Below the pieces are notes generated by a model. The model was not told the origin of the DNA, searched no databases, and was given only the letters and a program-made list of their open reading frames with translations. From Acaryochloris marina MBIC11017 (GTDB lineage Bacteria > Cyanobacteriota > Cyanobacteriia > Thermosynechococcales > Thermosynechococcaceae), in contig NC_009925.1 in the NCBI RefSeq assembly GCF_000018105.1, positions 6,240,001-6,272,000 of the forward strand: 32,000 nt of DNA. The letters are read 5' to 3'. How positions within the stretch are numbered: the stretch's first letter is position 1; each line of letters opens with the position of its first letter. The position numbers and the translations under genes were made by a program. Below, piece by piece: positions 8,312 through 16,710 of the stretch.

Positions 8312-9181
8312 ATGACCACTCAATCCAAGCGTGAGAAGGCCCAGGCTAAACAACAAGCTGCATTGGAAAAGCTAGAGCAAGGCATCCTGAATATAGCCAG
8401 TGAAGCTGACTGGAGAAAATATCTAGACTTCCATTCCAAGTTCTATAACTACTCTGCCAGTAACACAATGCTCATTTATGGCCAATGTCCCGAGGCCAGC
8501 CACGTAGCAGGATATAAGGCTTGGCAAAAACTTGGGCGACAGGTCCGCAAAGGAGAGAAGGGCCTCGTTATCCTTGCCCCTTGTAAGAAAAAGGTAGAGG
8601 ACAAGGAAACGGGGGAACCAGTTTGGAGAATATACGGTTTCAAAACCTCCACTGTATTCGATATTAGCCAGACTGACGGCGATGACTTAGAGGAAACAGA
8701 TATCAAGGCCCCAACCACAGAGGCCGAGCTGTACCGCAATCTAAAGGCGTTCGGTGAGGCTCAAGGTTTCACAATCCTAGAGAAAGCCTACCCAGGCGCT
8801 TACGGCGTTTGTATCTACAAGCCTAATAGTATTGAGATCCAAGTTGATCCGCTGTTGAGCGTGGAGCTGAGAGCTAGCATCCTTGCCCATGAGTTGGGCC
8901 ATGCCTTAATGCATAGTGCGGCTGAGTATCACGACCACACCCCCACCTCAACCAAAGAACTAGAGGCTGAGTCTGTGGCCTACTGCGTCACCCAATATTT
9001 CGGAGTTGCAGAGGATCAGAAACGCTCCTTTGCTTATATCACCTGTTGGAACCGGGAAAGCGATCAGGCTCTGGGGCAATTCAAAGCATCGATGGATGCG
9101 ATCGCAAAAACAGTCAAGGCAATTATTGAAGGCATTGAAAGCGTTGCCTCCAATGAATCTAGCACTTTAGTAATTGCCTAA
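8312..9181 (+). CDS. ardC: ArdC-like protein: N-terminal ssDNA-binding ArdC-N/DUF1738 domain plus C-terminal HExxH metalloprotease domain
   Basis: YNYSASNTMLIYGQ...GYKAWQKLGRQVRKGEKGLVILAP matches the ArdC-N pattern. LAHELGHALMH is a zincin HExxH. ATG at 8312 follows AAAAGGGGA. The track start at 8153 overlaps the previous gene. Confidence 0.8.
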   Translation: MTTQSKREKAQAKQQAALEKLEQGILNIASEADWRKYLDFHSKFYNYSASNTMLIYGQCPEASHVAGYKAWQKLGRQVRKGEKGLVILAPCKKKVEDKETGEPVWRIYGFKTSTVFDISQTDGDDLEETDIKAPTTEAELYRNLKAFGEAQGFTILEKAYPGAYGVCIYKPNSIEIQVDPLLSVELRASILAHELGHALMHSAAEYHDHTPTSTKELEAESVAYCVTQYFGVAEDQKRSFAYITCWNRESDQALGQFKASMDAIAKTVKAIIEGIESVASNESSTLVIA

Positions 9182-9299
9182 TGACCTGGCTTGGGTGAGC
9201 CATTAATCACCCAACCATTTCAGATTCCAGAGAGATTTTGAAAACTTAGGGGGCAACGATGAACGGTTACACCCTCATCTGGTTCTTGTTTTGGCAATT

Positions 9300-9378
9300 G
9301 GGGTCCGACAACGATTCATGTAAAAACTGATCATAGGGCTGAAAGCTATATCTGATAGCTATTTCAGGCGACGATTTT
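9300..9378. repeat. Tn3-family terminal inverted repeat, tnpA-proximal end
   Basis: GGGGTCCGACAACGATTCATGTAAAAACTGATCATAGGGCTGAAAGCTATATCTGATAGCTATTTCAGGCGACGATTTT matches the reverse complement of 14114-14192 at about 70/79 positions (hand alignment). Confidence 0.9.
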
Positions 9379-9470
9379 AGGGTTTTGGCAAAATACGAAG
9401 TCTATTTCGGTACTGATACCCCATTCTTAAACTCTCTTTCCAACTGACCAACATAGATTTTAACCACCGA

Positions 9471-12400
9471 CTACACCAATATGGGCTCAGCCTCTTGTTC
9501 CTTTTGAGCAATCGGAATTTCGAAATTGATCGGTGGTGGATTGCGCTGTTGATCTAAGAAGAACAGCCCGAACCGATTGAGATGGTCCATCCAATAAGGG
9601 CTCAGTAATGCCAGAACTTCTGCATCATACGTGCGGCCATTTTGGGCTTCCTCATTGAGGATACGACTCATCTCTGAAACGTTGTAGAAAATGAGGCAGT
9701 TGGCCACCAGGTGATTGTATTTGATGCGCTTTCGAAGTTCAGCCCGGTTGTTGCTAGAGAGGACTTGGTTTTCACCGCCAAAAGCGATCCACTTAATAAA
9801 GCGATTAAATGCCTCGCACTTGTTGGTTTCAGCATGGATCGTTTCCTGCATTTGAGGATCGTTGATGTACTGCAGTAAAAAGATAGTTCTCAAGACGCCC
9901 CCAAGTTCATGAAAGGCTTGAAATAGCTTATTCTTACGGCTATTGGTTCCCAACTTTCTCAACAGGGTAGAGGCTTGAACTTTCCCGTCCTTAATGGACA
10001 ACGCCACCCGCAACATGTCCGGCAGGTGCGTCTCAATCAGATCCCAGTCCGTCACTTCGGTGAACAAGCTGTCCAAATGCTTGTAGCGGGTGCCCCGAGA
10101 CGGTCGATAGAACGCTAAGTTCTGCCAACCTCGAATGCGGGGCATTAGCGTAATGCCCAATAAAAATGCCAAGGCAAATACCGTACAGCTTTGGGATTGA
10201 GTATCGCCATGAATCGTGTCCGGTTGGATCTCGGAAGTATTCTTGAGCAATCCATCGAGGATGTAAACGGCTTCCCAAACACCACAGGGAATAAAGTGAC
10301 TGAACAGAGCAATGTAGGTATCGGAGATGTGGTAGTAGCCAATGCCGCCATACCCGCCATAGTGGATGTGATATTCCGCCAATAGATTCTGCTCATACAT
10401 ATCCCACTTGGTACCATCCACAGAAGCCTGTTTGCCGGACCCCCAAACCTTGGGAAGCGAAAAGCGATTGTAGGAATCGATAATCCCAGTAATGGCCTGT
10501 TGTATTTTCTCTTCACTGATATGGCGATGATGAATCCACCAGATTTGGCGACGGTCACTCCCTGGAACTGACCGTGCCAGCTGGTTGGGGCCAATGTTGC
10601 AGCCATAGCAAAATGTCGTGGTGATATAGCGTTCGACCGGATCTATGATCTTGGTATCAAAGCCAGATAGGGGCCCGAAGCACTGGGTCCAGTTGAGCCA
10701 TTTCTCGGTGTCACACAGCACATCCAGAATAGAGACGGGTTTGATCTTCCGTTCAATGAGTGCCTTCACTTCCGCCAATCCTTCAGGTAATTGACGTTGG
10801 CGTTTGTGGATCACCAGGCGGTCTTTTTTGAAACTCAAGTGAGCATTGGTGGGAAAGGCCTGATCTGCCGTCTTAGCCGCCGTTCGCAACCGCTGCTTCA
10901 TCTCTTGAACAAAGGCCTTACCCTCCGTTGGCAGATTGATCATCTTGCCATACTCTTCAGCTGAGTCCTGGTATTCTTCCCAAGAAATCAACTGGCTGTA
11001 ATAGTCCCCAAATTCATTACTGCCAGGAATATACAAATCCCCCGACTGCAGTTCCAGACTGATATGAGAGAACACGCACAACTCAAAGTAAAGGCGATGA
11101 ATTTTAGTGGGCGTAGTCTGTTGCGGGTCAGTGATCAATGACCGCCACTTGTTAGGCACCCAACTGAGATCCAGCAACGGGACAACCGCTTCATCAGGGG
11201 TGCCCTGATTGACGATCTGGGTCATCGGCACCCATTTACTGCGTTTGGACCGATGGGCTTTGATAAATTCAATCGCGTTGATTAAAGACTGGTCCTGGGT
11301 GCTAGAGCACAAGGGAAGTTGCTCTAGGAGTCGGAAGAATACGGCTCGATGGCTACGATAGAAACGAGTCAAAAAAGAGAAGTAGTTGTTGCCCACGTAG
11401 GCTAAGTGCTCTTGGCAATCGTCAATGAGCGGTTGTGGATCATCCCCAATCACAATTTTCATCGACTTGAAGCGTGTGGTGATCCGGCCTTCAGAGTCAT
11501 AGGCCAATAGAACATGCAAGAAGATATCGATGAGTTCATCCGTGCGAGCTTGCGTCCTGCGACGATAGTCACTCAGGGCTTCTGCCCCCTTGTGATGGAG
11601 CTGGCGGTCCCGTTTGATAAACATCTCCGCGAGATCATCCAGGGTGTTGGCATATTGAGTCGATAGCAAGGCCAGGGCTAAGGTATAGCGTTTAGCATCG
11701 CTCATTTCTTTCATGCGAGCGGCATCTAAAGACTGGGCCTCTGCGGCGAGGGCCTTGAGCTTGACGGCGGGAATATCCAGCAAACCGGAATTTGGGATCT
11801 GCAGATCAGCCAACCATTCCAATCGCTCAATCCACTCTTGCAGCCGCGAGAGCAAGGGTTTACCAGGGTCTTCCTTCAAGCGGTTCCACAACGATTTCTC
11901 TGCTAGAGAAGTCGACACAAATAACCGATTCAGCTTCACCCGCTCCGCCCGCTTTAAGGTCTGACTGACTTGTTCATACAGCTGAGTAGATACGGCTTGT
12001 CTGACCTGACGGGCTGCGCGATCTAGGGCAATAAAAGCGGGTAATTCCAATCGATGGCGGACCAATTCTTCAATGGCCACATTGATGAGGTCAGCGAGTT
12101 CATGTTTCGTCACTGCGGCCTTTTCCATGGACTCCTCAATGACCGCTTTGGCTTGAGGGCCATACTTGGTGATTTGTAGATACCCCCGAATAATATTCAG
12201 GTGCCGGTAACGCGTGGGGGAGCAATCATAAGTCGTCAGATCCAATTGGAAACCGTGCAGGCCAACTATAGTGGCGATGTGACGCACAGCAGCAGCGGGC
12301 ACATCACTGGTCTTGATGGCATAGCCCAAGCGCTGATAGGTTTTGAGCATCACCAAAAACCCCAATTGAGTTTGAGGACTACGGGTGAGGTGCTGCGCTA

Positions 12401-12500
12401 GCGCCATTTCCTCTTTAGTGGGAGTGTAGATAGCTGAAAGGTCTTGATCTGAAGGATTCCGTTTCAAACGTGGATAGGCGGTTTCATGTACACTGGCCAC
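9471..12500 (-). CDS. tnpA: Tn3-family transposase (DUF4158 N-terminus plus DDE_Tnp_Tn3)
   Basis: About 1009 aa with Tn3-type N-terminal features (RNPSDQDL...LGFLVMLKTYQRLGY) and a large C-terminal DDE domain. The GTG start at 12500 is preceded by AAGGAG. The track ORF extension to 12677 overlaps the upstream gene. Confidence 0.93.
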   Translation of the reverse strand: MASVHETAYPRLKRNPSDQDLSAIYTPTKEEMALAQHLTRSPQTQLGFLVMLKTYQRLGYAIKTSDVPAAAVRHIATIVGLHGFQLDLTTYDCSPTRYRHLNIIRGYLQITKYGPQAKAVIEESMEKAAVTKHELADLINVAIEELVRHRLELPAFIALDRAARQVRQAVSTQLYEQVSQTLKRAERVKLNRLFVSTSLAEKSLWNRLKEDPGKPLLSRLQEWIERLEWLADLQIPNSGLLDIPAVKLKALAAEAQSLDAARMKEMSDAKRYTLALALLSTQYANTLDDLAEMFIKRDRQLHHKGAEALSDYRRRTQARTDELIDIFLHVLLAYDSEGRITTRFKSMKIVIGDDPQPLIDDCQEHLAYVGNNYFSFLTRFYRSHRAVFFRLLEQLPLCSSTQDQSLINAIEFIKAHRSKRSKWVPMTQIVNQGTPDEAVVPLLDLSWVPNKWRSLITDPQQTTPTKIHRLYFELCVFSHISLELQSGDLYIPGSNEFGDYYSQLISWEEYQDSAEEYGKMINLPTEGKAFVQEMKQRLRTAAKTADQAFPTNAHLSFKKDRLVIHKRQRQLPEGLAEVKALIERKIKPVSILDVLCDTEKWLNWTQCFGPLSGFDTKIIDPVERYITTTFCYGCNIGPNQLARSVPGSDRRQIWWIHHRHISEEKIQQAITGIIDSYNRFSLPKVWGSGKQASVDGTKWDMYEQNLLAEYHIHYGGYGGIGYYHISDTYIALFSHFIPCGVWEAVYILDGLLKNTSEIQPDTIHGDTQSQSCTVFALAFLLGITLMPRIRGWQNLAFYRPSRGTRYKHLDSLFTEVTDWDLIETHLPDMLRVALSIKDGKVQASTLLRKLGTNSRKNKLFQAFHELGGVLRTIFLLQYINDPQMQETIHAETNKCEAFNRFIKWIAFGGENQVLSSNNRAELRKRIKYNHLVANCLIFYNVSEMSRILNEEAQNGRTYDAEVLALLSPYWMDHLNRFGLFFLDQQRNPPPINFEIPIAQKEQEAEPILV

Positions 12501-12504
12501 GACC

Positions 12505-12978
12505 TCAAACTCCTTGGATCTGCTGCTGGGTTTGATAGGGGGTTCCGCAATAGGGGCAAAAACGATGCTTGAGGGAGGTAATGGGTTCTTGGCAGCTGAT
12601 ACAGCGATCTTGTAGTCGAGTGCCGCAAGCAAAACAGTGTTTAGATCTGATGTCCATCCACAGCGGCTCTGGAGCACTGCCTATGCGCCAACACTGGGGG
12701 CAGAATTTCAAAGTTTGCGTGGCTTGGATGGCTCGACCTCGGCTGATGGAATCCAAGTAATCAGGTGGAATTTGTAAGGCACAAGCTAAGCCCTGACGAG
12801 TTTTATGATTGAGGGACAACGTTTTGCCGCGCTCCAGCTTACTCAAGCTTTGGGCATGAATATTGGCCTTGAGAGCGACTTCCTTCTGGGTGAGACCGAG
12901 TCTGACTCGCAGACGGCGAAGATACTCAGCCAAGGATTCATCGGCAAGGGGGAGGGAATCGGATTCTAAAGGTTGCAT
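12505..12978 (-). CDS. XRE-family HTH protein with C-terminal double zinc ribbon
   Basis: HTH: LGLTQKEVALKANIHAQSLSKLERGK. Four CxxC pairs: CPQC, CFAC, CISC, CPYC. Start is taken at MQPLES (12978). Alternative ATGs lie at 13020 and 13086. Confidence 0.7.
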   Translation of the reverse strand: MQPLESDSLPLADESLAEYLRRLRVRLGLTQKEVALKANIHAQSLSKLERGKTLSLNHKTRQGLACALQIPPDYLDSISRGRAIQATQTLKFCPQCWRIGSAPEPLWMDIRSKHCFACGTRLQDRCISCQEPITSLKHRFCPYCGTPYQTQQQIQGV

Positions 12979-13058
12979 GGATTTATCACTGGATATTTCT
13001 TCCCCAGAGGTATAGTGCATGAGGCGAAGTGAGTCTTTAGATTTAAGCAAAGCTCCAG

Positions 13059-13955
13059 ATGAATCAGCCTTTAGCCACCGTGGCAACCCAGTTTTTAGAT
13101 CGCCCCCATCTGGCTACGAGCACAGCCCGCTCCTATGAACTGACCTTGATGCCGTTACTGAAGCGATATGGCAGCTGGTCAGTGGAATTATTAGATGCTG
13201 ACATCCTGTCTGAGTATCTCAATAGCCTGACGCACCTGTCTTACACGACTCACCATCGGCATCAAGCCACCCTCAAGGACTTACTCAACTTTGCTGTGCG
13301 CCAACGGTATATTCGCAGCAATCCCATTGCCCAGTTAGAGCATCGTTCACCGGATAAAGCCAAGGGAGAGCATCTAAGTGATCAGCCCATTCGGTTCTTG
13401 AAACCCGAGCAATTGACCACCCTATATCAAGCTATTTATAACGATGCACGTTTGTATGCACTGGTGAAGCTATTGCATCACAGTGGGGCCCGCATCTCAG
13501 AAATCTTGGCTTTGGATTTAGCAGAAGTCGATCTGGGGCAACGGCAATTTCAGGTCGTGGGTAAAGGCAACAAAACCCGTTGGTGCTTTTACAGTGAAAA
13601 TGCAGCTGCAGCCTTGCAGACCTATATTCAGCACTATCGCTATACGCCTTCGCCAGCATTGTTCACGGCTAGAAAGACCCCTACGAGTCAAGTGACCCGT
13701 CTGAGTTACAGAACAGCCCATCATCACTGGCATCAATCGATTCAAGGCTATCCACAAATCCAAGGGATAAGGTTGCACGATCTGCGTCATACTTTTGCGA
13801 CAGAGCGAGTGGGACTAATGGGGTTGGAGGAACTCAGAGCGTTAATGGGGCACCAGCATATCCAGACCACCCTCCGATATCAGACCGTCACATCTGAACA
13901 AGCAAAAGGGGCAGCGCAAAGAGCATTTCAACATTTAGAAAATGCAGTTCAATAA
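13059..13955 (+). CDS. Tyrosine recombinase/integrase (likely the transposon cointegrate resolvase)
   Basis: N-terminal SAM-like domain, then SGARISEILAL (Arg), LHDLRHTFAT (HxxR) and LMGHQHIQTTLRYQ (His...Tyr). All catalytic residues are present. Confidence 0.9.
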   Translation: MNQPLATVATQFLDRPHLATSTARSYELTLMPLLKRYGSWSVELLDADILSEYLNSLTHLSYTTHHRHQATLKDLLNFAVRQRYIRSNPIAQLEHRSPDKAKGEHLSDQPIRFLKPEQLTTLYQAIYNDARLYALVKLLHHSGARISEILALDLAEVDLGQRQFQVVGKGNKTRWCFYSENAAAALQTYIQHYRYTPSPALFTARKTPTSQVTRLSYRTAHHHWHQSIQGYPQIQGIRLHDLRHTFATERVGLMGLEELRALMGHQHIQTTLRYQTVTSEQAKGAAQRAFQHLENAVQ

Positions 13956-14113
13956 TGATGTTCTCAAGAAGATGACGTGGGTAGGTTAGAATTGACCATC
14001 TTACCGAACACATTGGAGATCTCTCAGAGTATTGAAACTACTCTGCAATCAAACAGTGAGTTTAAAAACGGGTCCAAAACAACGATATGAACTTCTACCT
14101 CACCTCAAAACAC

Positions 14114-14192
14114 AAAATCACCGACTGAAATGGCTATCAGATATAGCTTTCAGCCCTATGATCAGTTTTTGTACGAATCGTTGTCATACCCC
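14114..14192. repeat. Tn3-family terminal inverted repeat, recombinase-proximal end
   Basis: The reverse complement reads GGGGTATGACAACGATTCGTACAAAAACTGATCATAGGGCTGAAAGCTATATCTGATAGCCATTTCAGTCGGTGATTTT. Confidence 0.9.
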
Positions 14193-14609
14193 TTCGGATT
14201 GCTAACCCTGGAAGCGACGGGTCTAGAACAGCGAAAAACTAATAAGGCCAAATGCTCTCCCCTAAAAGAGGCTGTATTCAAAGTGCTTAAGCAGGTAGCA
14301 GGCCAAGACATTTTGATGATCGTTGCCCTAAACGAACTGATGGATCAACTCACGGTCACTCGCATCAATAGCTGGGAGACCTTCTTTAAGCAACTTGCCA
14401 TTAAGCGAACTGAACTGGAATCTCTGGCCGATACCGTGTATGAACTCTCGGGGGTTTCTCCTGGGGCGGTTGAAGACCTCGACGCTGTGATTGTGCCCCT
14501 CTACAACGAAGCAAAAGGCCAAGACATCAAAGCGATTAACTGGGAACGTCGCTCTTGGTGGGACTGGGCACACAACCATTTGCTTGAGCAGGTTAGCAAA
14601 GCAGCTTAA
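14193..14609 (+). CDS. Hypothetical protein with unresolved 5' end
   Basis: The track ORF 14130..14609 has its only ATG and first 21 codons inside the Tn3 inverted repeat. The native start is therefore lost or is a non-ATG codon downstream. No family recognised. Confidence 0.4.
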   Translation, partial: FGLLTLEATGLEQRKTNKAKCSPLKEAVFKVLKQVAGQDILMIVALNELMDQLTVTRINSWETFFKQLAIKRTELESLADTVYELSGVSPGAVEDLDAVIVPLYNEAKGQDIKAINWERRSWWDWAHNHLLEQVSKAA

Positions 14610-14700
14610 CCCTCTCCCCCTGTCTGTACCTGGGTCAGCCCTGTGGCGATCCCCCCCAGCAATCGGGGCTGGCCTTTCCTCACCACTTTTGGAGAAAACC

Positions 14701-15081
14701 ATGCAAGCCCATCACCTTAATTTGCCAGAATTTCTACTCAACCCGCCTACGGTTAACCTCGCCTATTCTCCGGTGGCAGTCATGACGGTAGCAACGGCAA
14801 AAAACCTGATGCAATCCCAGGAGTTATTGCTCAGTGGTGCCCAGAAACTGTTTAATCCAGCGGTCTGGCCCCAGCTAGAACCAGAGATTGAGCGCATTCC
14901 CTTTGACCGACAAAAAGCCCAGTGCTTCCGTGATTGTGTCGCCTATCTGATGGCCGAGGCGACGACGCTGAGATCGGAACGGCGGCATGTCGATGCCCTC
15001 AAACATATGGAGACGGCACTGATGCTAGAGGCACTGATCCATGGCGGCTATGTCGATGTGCCATCCATTTCAGAACAGTAA
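14701..15081 (+). CDS. Hypothetical protein (126 aa)
   Basis: ATG at 14701 is preceded by GGAGAAAACC. The longer track ORF from 14491 overlaps the previous gene. No family recognised. Confidence 0.55.
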   Translation: MQAHHLNLPEFLLNPPTVNLAYSPVAVMTVATAKNLMQSQELLLSGAQKLFNPAVWPQLEPEIERIPFDRQKAQCFRDCVAYLMAEATTLRSERRHVDALKHMETALMLEALIHGGYVDVPSISEQ

Positions 15082-15154
15082 AAGGCATCGCCAAGCTCAG
15101 GACAAGTCAAACGATGCCTTTTATTGAACGAACCATTCAACGAGGTTATTCAAA

Positions 15155-15487
15155 ATGAATCATACAACTCTTCCCCGACTAGTTATCGACAGCATTGCTC
15201 TGCCTTCCTACGAACTCCATGCCAGACCGACTGGTGAGAACGACCGCAAGCTCAATGTCTTTTTCGGCAGTCGGTTGATCGGGTATGTCTACATCAACTT
15301 TATCCAGGGTCAATCCAATTACGTCGGCACCACGCTCAGACATCAGTCCTTCGGCCCTTATTCTCGCAGGATGGAAGCCGCTGAGGCTGTCTTAGAAGCG
15401 TTCAATGCAGGACTCACGGATGAGCAACGGCTGAGGGTCGCTCTTGCTCATGAGATGGCCGAGAACATGACCGTCATTGCTTGCTAA
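15155..15487 (+). CDS. Hypothetical protein (110 aa)
   Basis: GAGG lies about 10 nt upstream of the ATG. Same strand and tight spacing with its neighbours. No family recognised. Confidence 0.55.
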   Translation: MNHTTLPRLVIDSIALPSYELHARPTGENDRKLNVFFGSRLIGYVYINFIQGQSNYVGTTLRHQSFGPYSRRMEAAEAVLEAFNAGLTDEQRLRVALAHEMAENMTVIAC

Positions 15488-15519
15488 TCCCCAACAGCTA
15501 GAGATTTGGAGTATTCATC

Positions 15520-15930
15520 ATGCCCACTATCCACATTGCCAATCTGAGAAAGTCCCGGCAGCTTCAACCCGGTGTTCGATGTGATCGGGGGACTCCTTTA
15601 GGCAATCCTTTCCATATGTTCGCTGAATCAGAGCGAGATCGCTGCATTGCGGCTTTCCGAGTCTTCTTGTATGAGGTTGCCATTCTGGGAAATGAACCTA
15701 GCCAAGACTTGATTCGCAGGATTGCTGAGCAGCACAAGATTATGCCCAGCGGTAGTTATAAACCATTCGGTCGAGGTGCAATGATGGCAGCGCTGGAGGC
15801 GCTGGGCCAGAAGTCTGAAGTAACGTTGCTGGGCTGGTGTCATCCCAAACCCTGTCACTGTGATGTGATCAAGGCTTTCCTTGATTGGAAGTGCCCAACC
15901 CCCCAGCAGCAAACATTGGAGGTTCTGTGA
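15520..15930 (+). CDS. DUF4326-like protein
   Basis: CDRGTPLGNPF near the N-terminus and LLGWCHPKPCHCDVIKAFL near the C-terminus match my recollection of the DUF4326 pattern. GGAG lies upstream of the ATG. Confidence 0.65.
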   Translation: MPTIHIANLRKSRQLQPGVRCDRGTPLGNPFHMFAESERDRCIAAFRVFLYEVAILGNEPSQDLIRRIAEQHKIMPSGSYKPFGRGAMMAALEALGQKSEVTLLGWCHPKPCHCDVIKAFLDWKCPTPQQQTLEVL

Positions 15931-16316
15931 TGCCGATGATTCGGGCACGATACCCCGATAACTGGGATGAGATTGCGTTGCAGGTCAAGGATGCGGCTGA
16001 CTGGTGCTGTACTGAGTGCGGTAAACCCTGTCGAAAGCCGGGGGTTGAGTGGCTACACTTCTCTTTCTGGCTGATGATTACCCACCCTGAATGGTTCCCG
16101 ATCACTTCAGAGAGGGAGGAACAGAAGCCTCAGCGATTCACTCTCACAGTGGCGCACCTTGACCAAGATCCGCAGAATAATCACCCAGACAATCTCAAGG
16201 CCCTGTGTGCGCCGTGCCATTTGAAATTTGATGCGCCATTCCGAAAAGCCAATGCTTTCACCAAGCGGGAGTGGTTTGGACAGATGAAGTTGGAGGATTT
16301 GACCAATGAAACGTAA
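15930..16316 (+). CDS. HNH endonuclease
   Basis: CTECGKPC ... LTVAHLDQDPQNNHPDNLKALCAPCHLKFD is the HNH/zinc-finger signature. The ATG overlaps the DUF4326 stop (TGATG). Confidence 0.85.
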   Translation: MPMIRARYPDNWDEIALQVKDAADWCCTECGKPCRKPGVEWLHFSFWLMITHPEWFPITSEREEQKPQRFTLTVAHLDQDPQNNHPDNLKALCAPCHLKFDAPFRKANAFTKREWFGQMKLEDLTNET

Positions 16317-16348
16317 AAGGGCATATTGAATTGCTGAAATACCTGAGC

Positions 16349-16666
16349 TTAAGAATCAAACTTCATCCAGCCAAGACATAGCTTTTTCATACAATTCCCC
16401 CAAACTAGCAAGCCAATACCCATCCACTCGACTTTTTTACCGTCAATAAAACCACCATCTCTAAGGTTAATACCGGCATTCCAATCAATCGCTAACTCTT
16501 CACGCATTTCATCAGTGACCATTTCATGATCAATGAATTCTTGAGCCATACAATCACACATTTCTGTGGCCATCGAATCACTCATGAATTTTAATGAGTG
16601 ATTCATACAGGATTGGAATAACTTCGACTTCATTGACTGATCGGCAGAAGATGGCGGTTCATTCAT
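16349..16666 (-). CDS. Hypothetical Met/Cys-rich protein (105 aa)
   Basis: ORF only, with 12 Met and 6 Cys in 105 residues. No family recognised. Confidence 0.4.
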   Translation of the reverse strand: MNEPPSSADQSMKSKLFQSCMNHSLKFMSDSMATEMCDCMAQEFIDHEMVTDEMREELAIDWNAGINLRDGGFIDGKKVEWMGIGLLVWGNCMKKLCLGWMKFDS

Positions 16667-16710
16667 TCAATTCATCCTTATGAATGCAACAAGGATTTAG
16701 AGCCCAAAAC

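Larger units (their letters stand above)
9300..14192. mobile_element. Tn3-family transposon (4893 bp) carrying tnpA, an XRE/zinc-ribbon gene and a tyrosine recombinase
   Basis: Bounded by ~79-bp inverted repeats that begin with outward-facing GGGG. Encodes a Tn3-type transposase of about 1009 aa. Confidence 0.9.

Noticed and set aside
9191-9214. 8-bp hairpin TTGGGTGA/TCACCCAA after the ArdC-like gene
   Set aside because: The stem is short and the U-tract is poor. It may attenuate transcription, but it is not supported as a terminator.
12501-12677. N-terminal extension of the tnpA ORF (track start 12677)
   Set aside because: It overlaps the 3' end of the XRE/zinc-ribbon gene in another frame. 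A GTG at 12500 with an AAGGAG SD gives a Tn3-typical ~1009-aa product.
10033-12760. Nested or antisense ORFs inside tnpA and the XRE gene (10033..10278, 10145..10606, 10191..10385, 11713..11964, 12201..12401, 12569..12760)
   Set aside because: They lie entirely within a well-supported long gene, have no family resemblance, and have odd composition. They are treated as shadow ORFs.
13432-13790. Antisense ORFs inside the tyrosine recombinase gene
   Set aside because: They are shadow ORFs within a gene that has all catalytic motifs.
9295-14197. Search for a 5-bp Tn3 target duplication
   Set aside because: The flanks are CAATT and TTCGG, and shifting the boundary by one base does not help. The absence is reported as a finding rather than as a TSD.
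14491-14700. Upstream extension of the 14701..15081 gene
   Set aside because: It overlaps the preceding ORF out of frame and is Pro/Gly/Ser-rich. The ATG at 14701 has a GGAG SD.
15628-16105. Antisense ORFs across the DUF4326 and HNH genes
   Set aside because: They lie opposite two motif-supported genes and no family was recognised.
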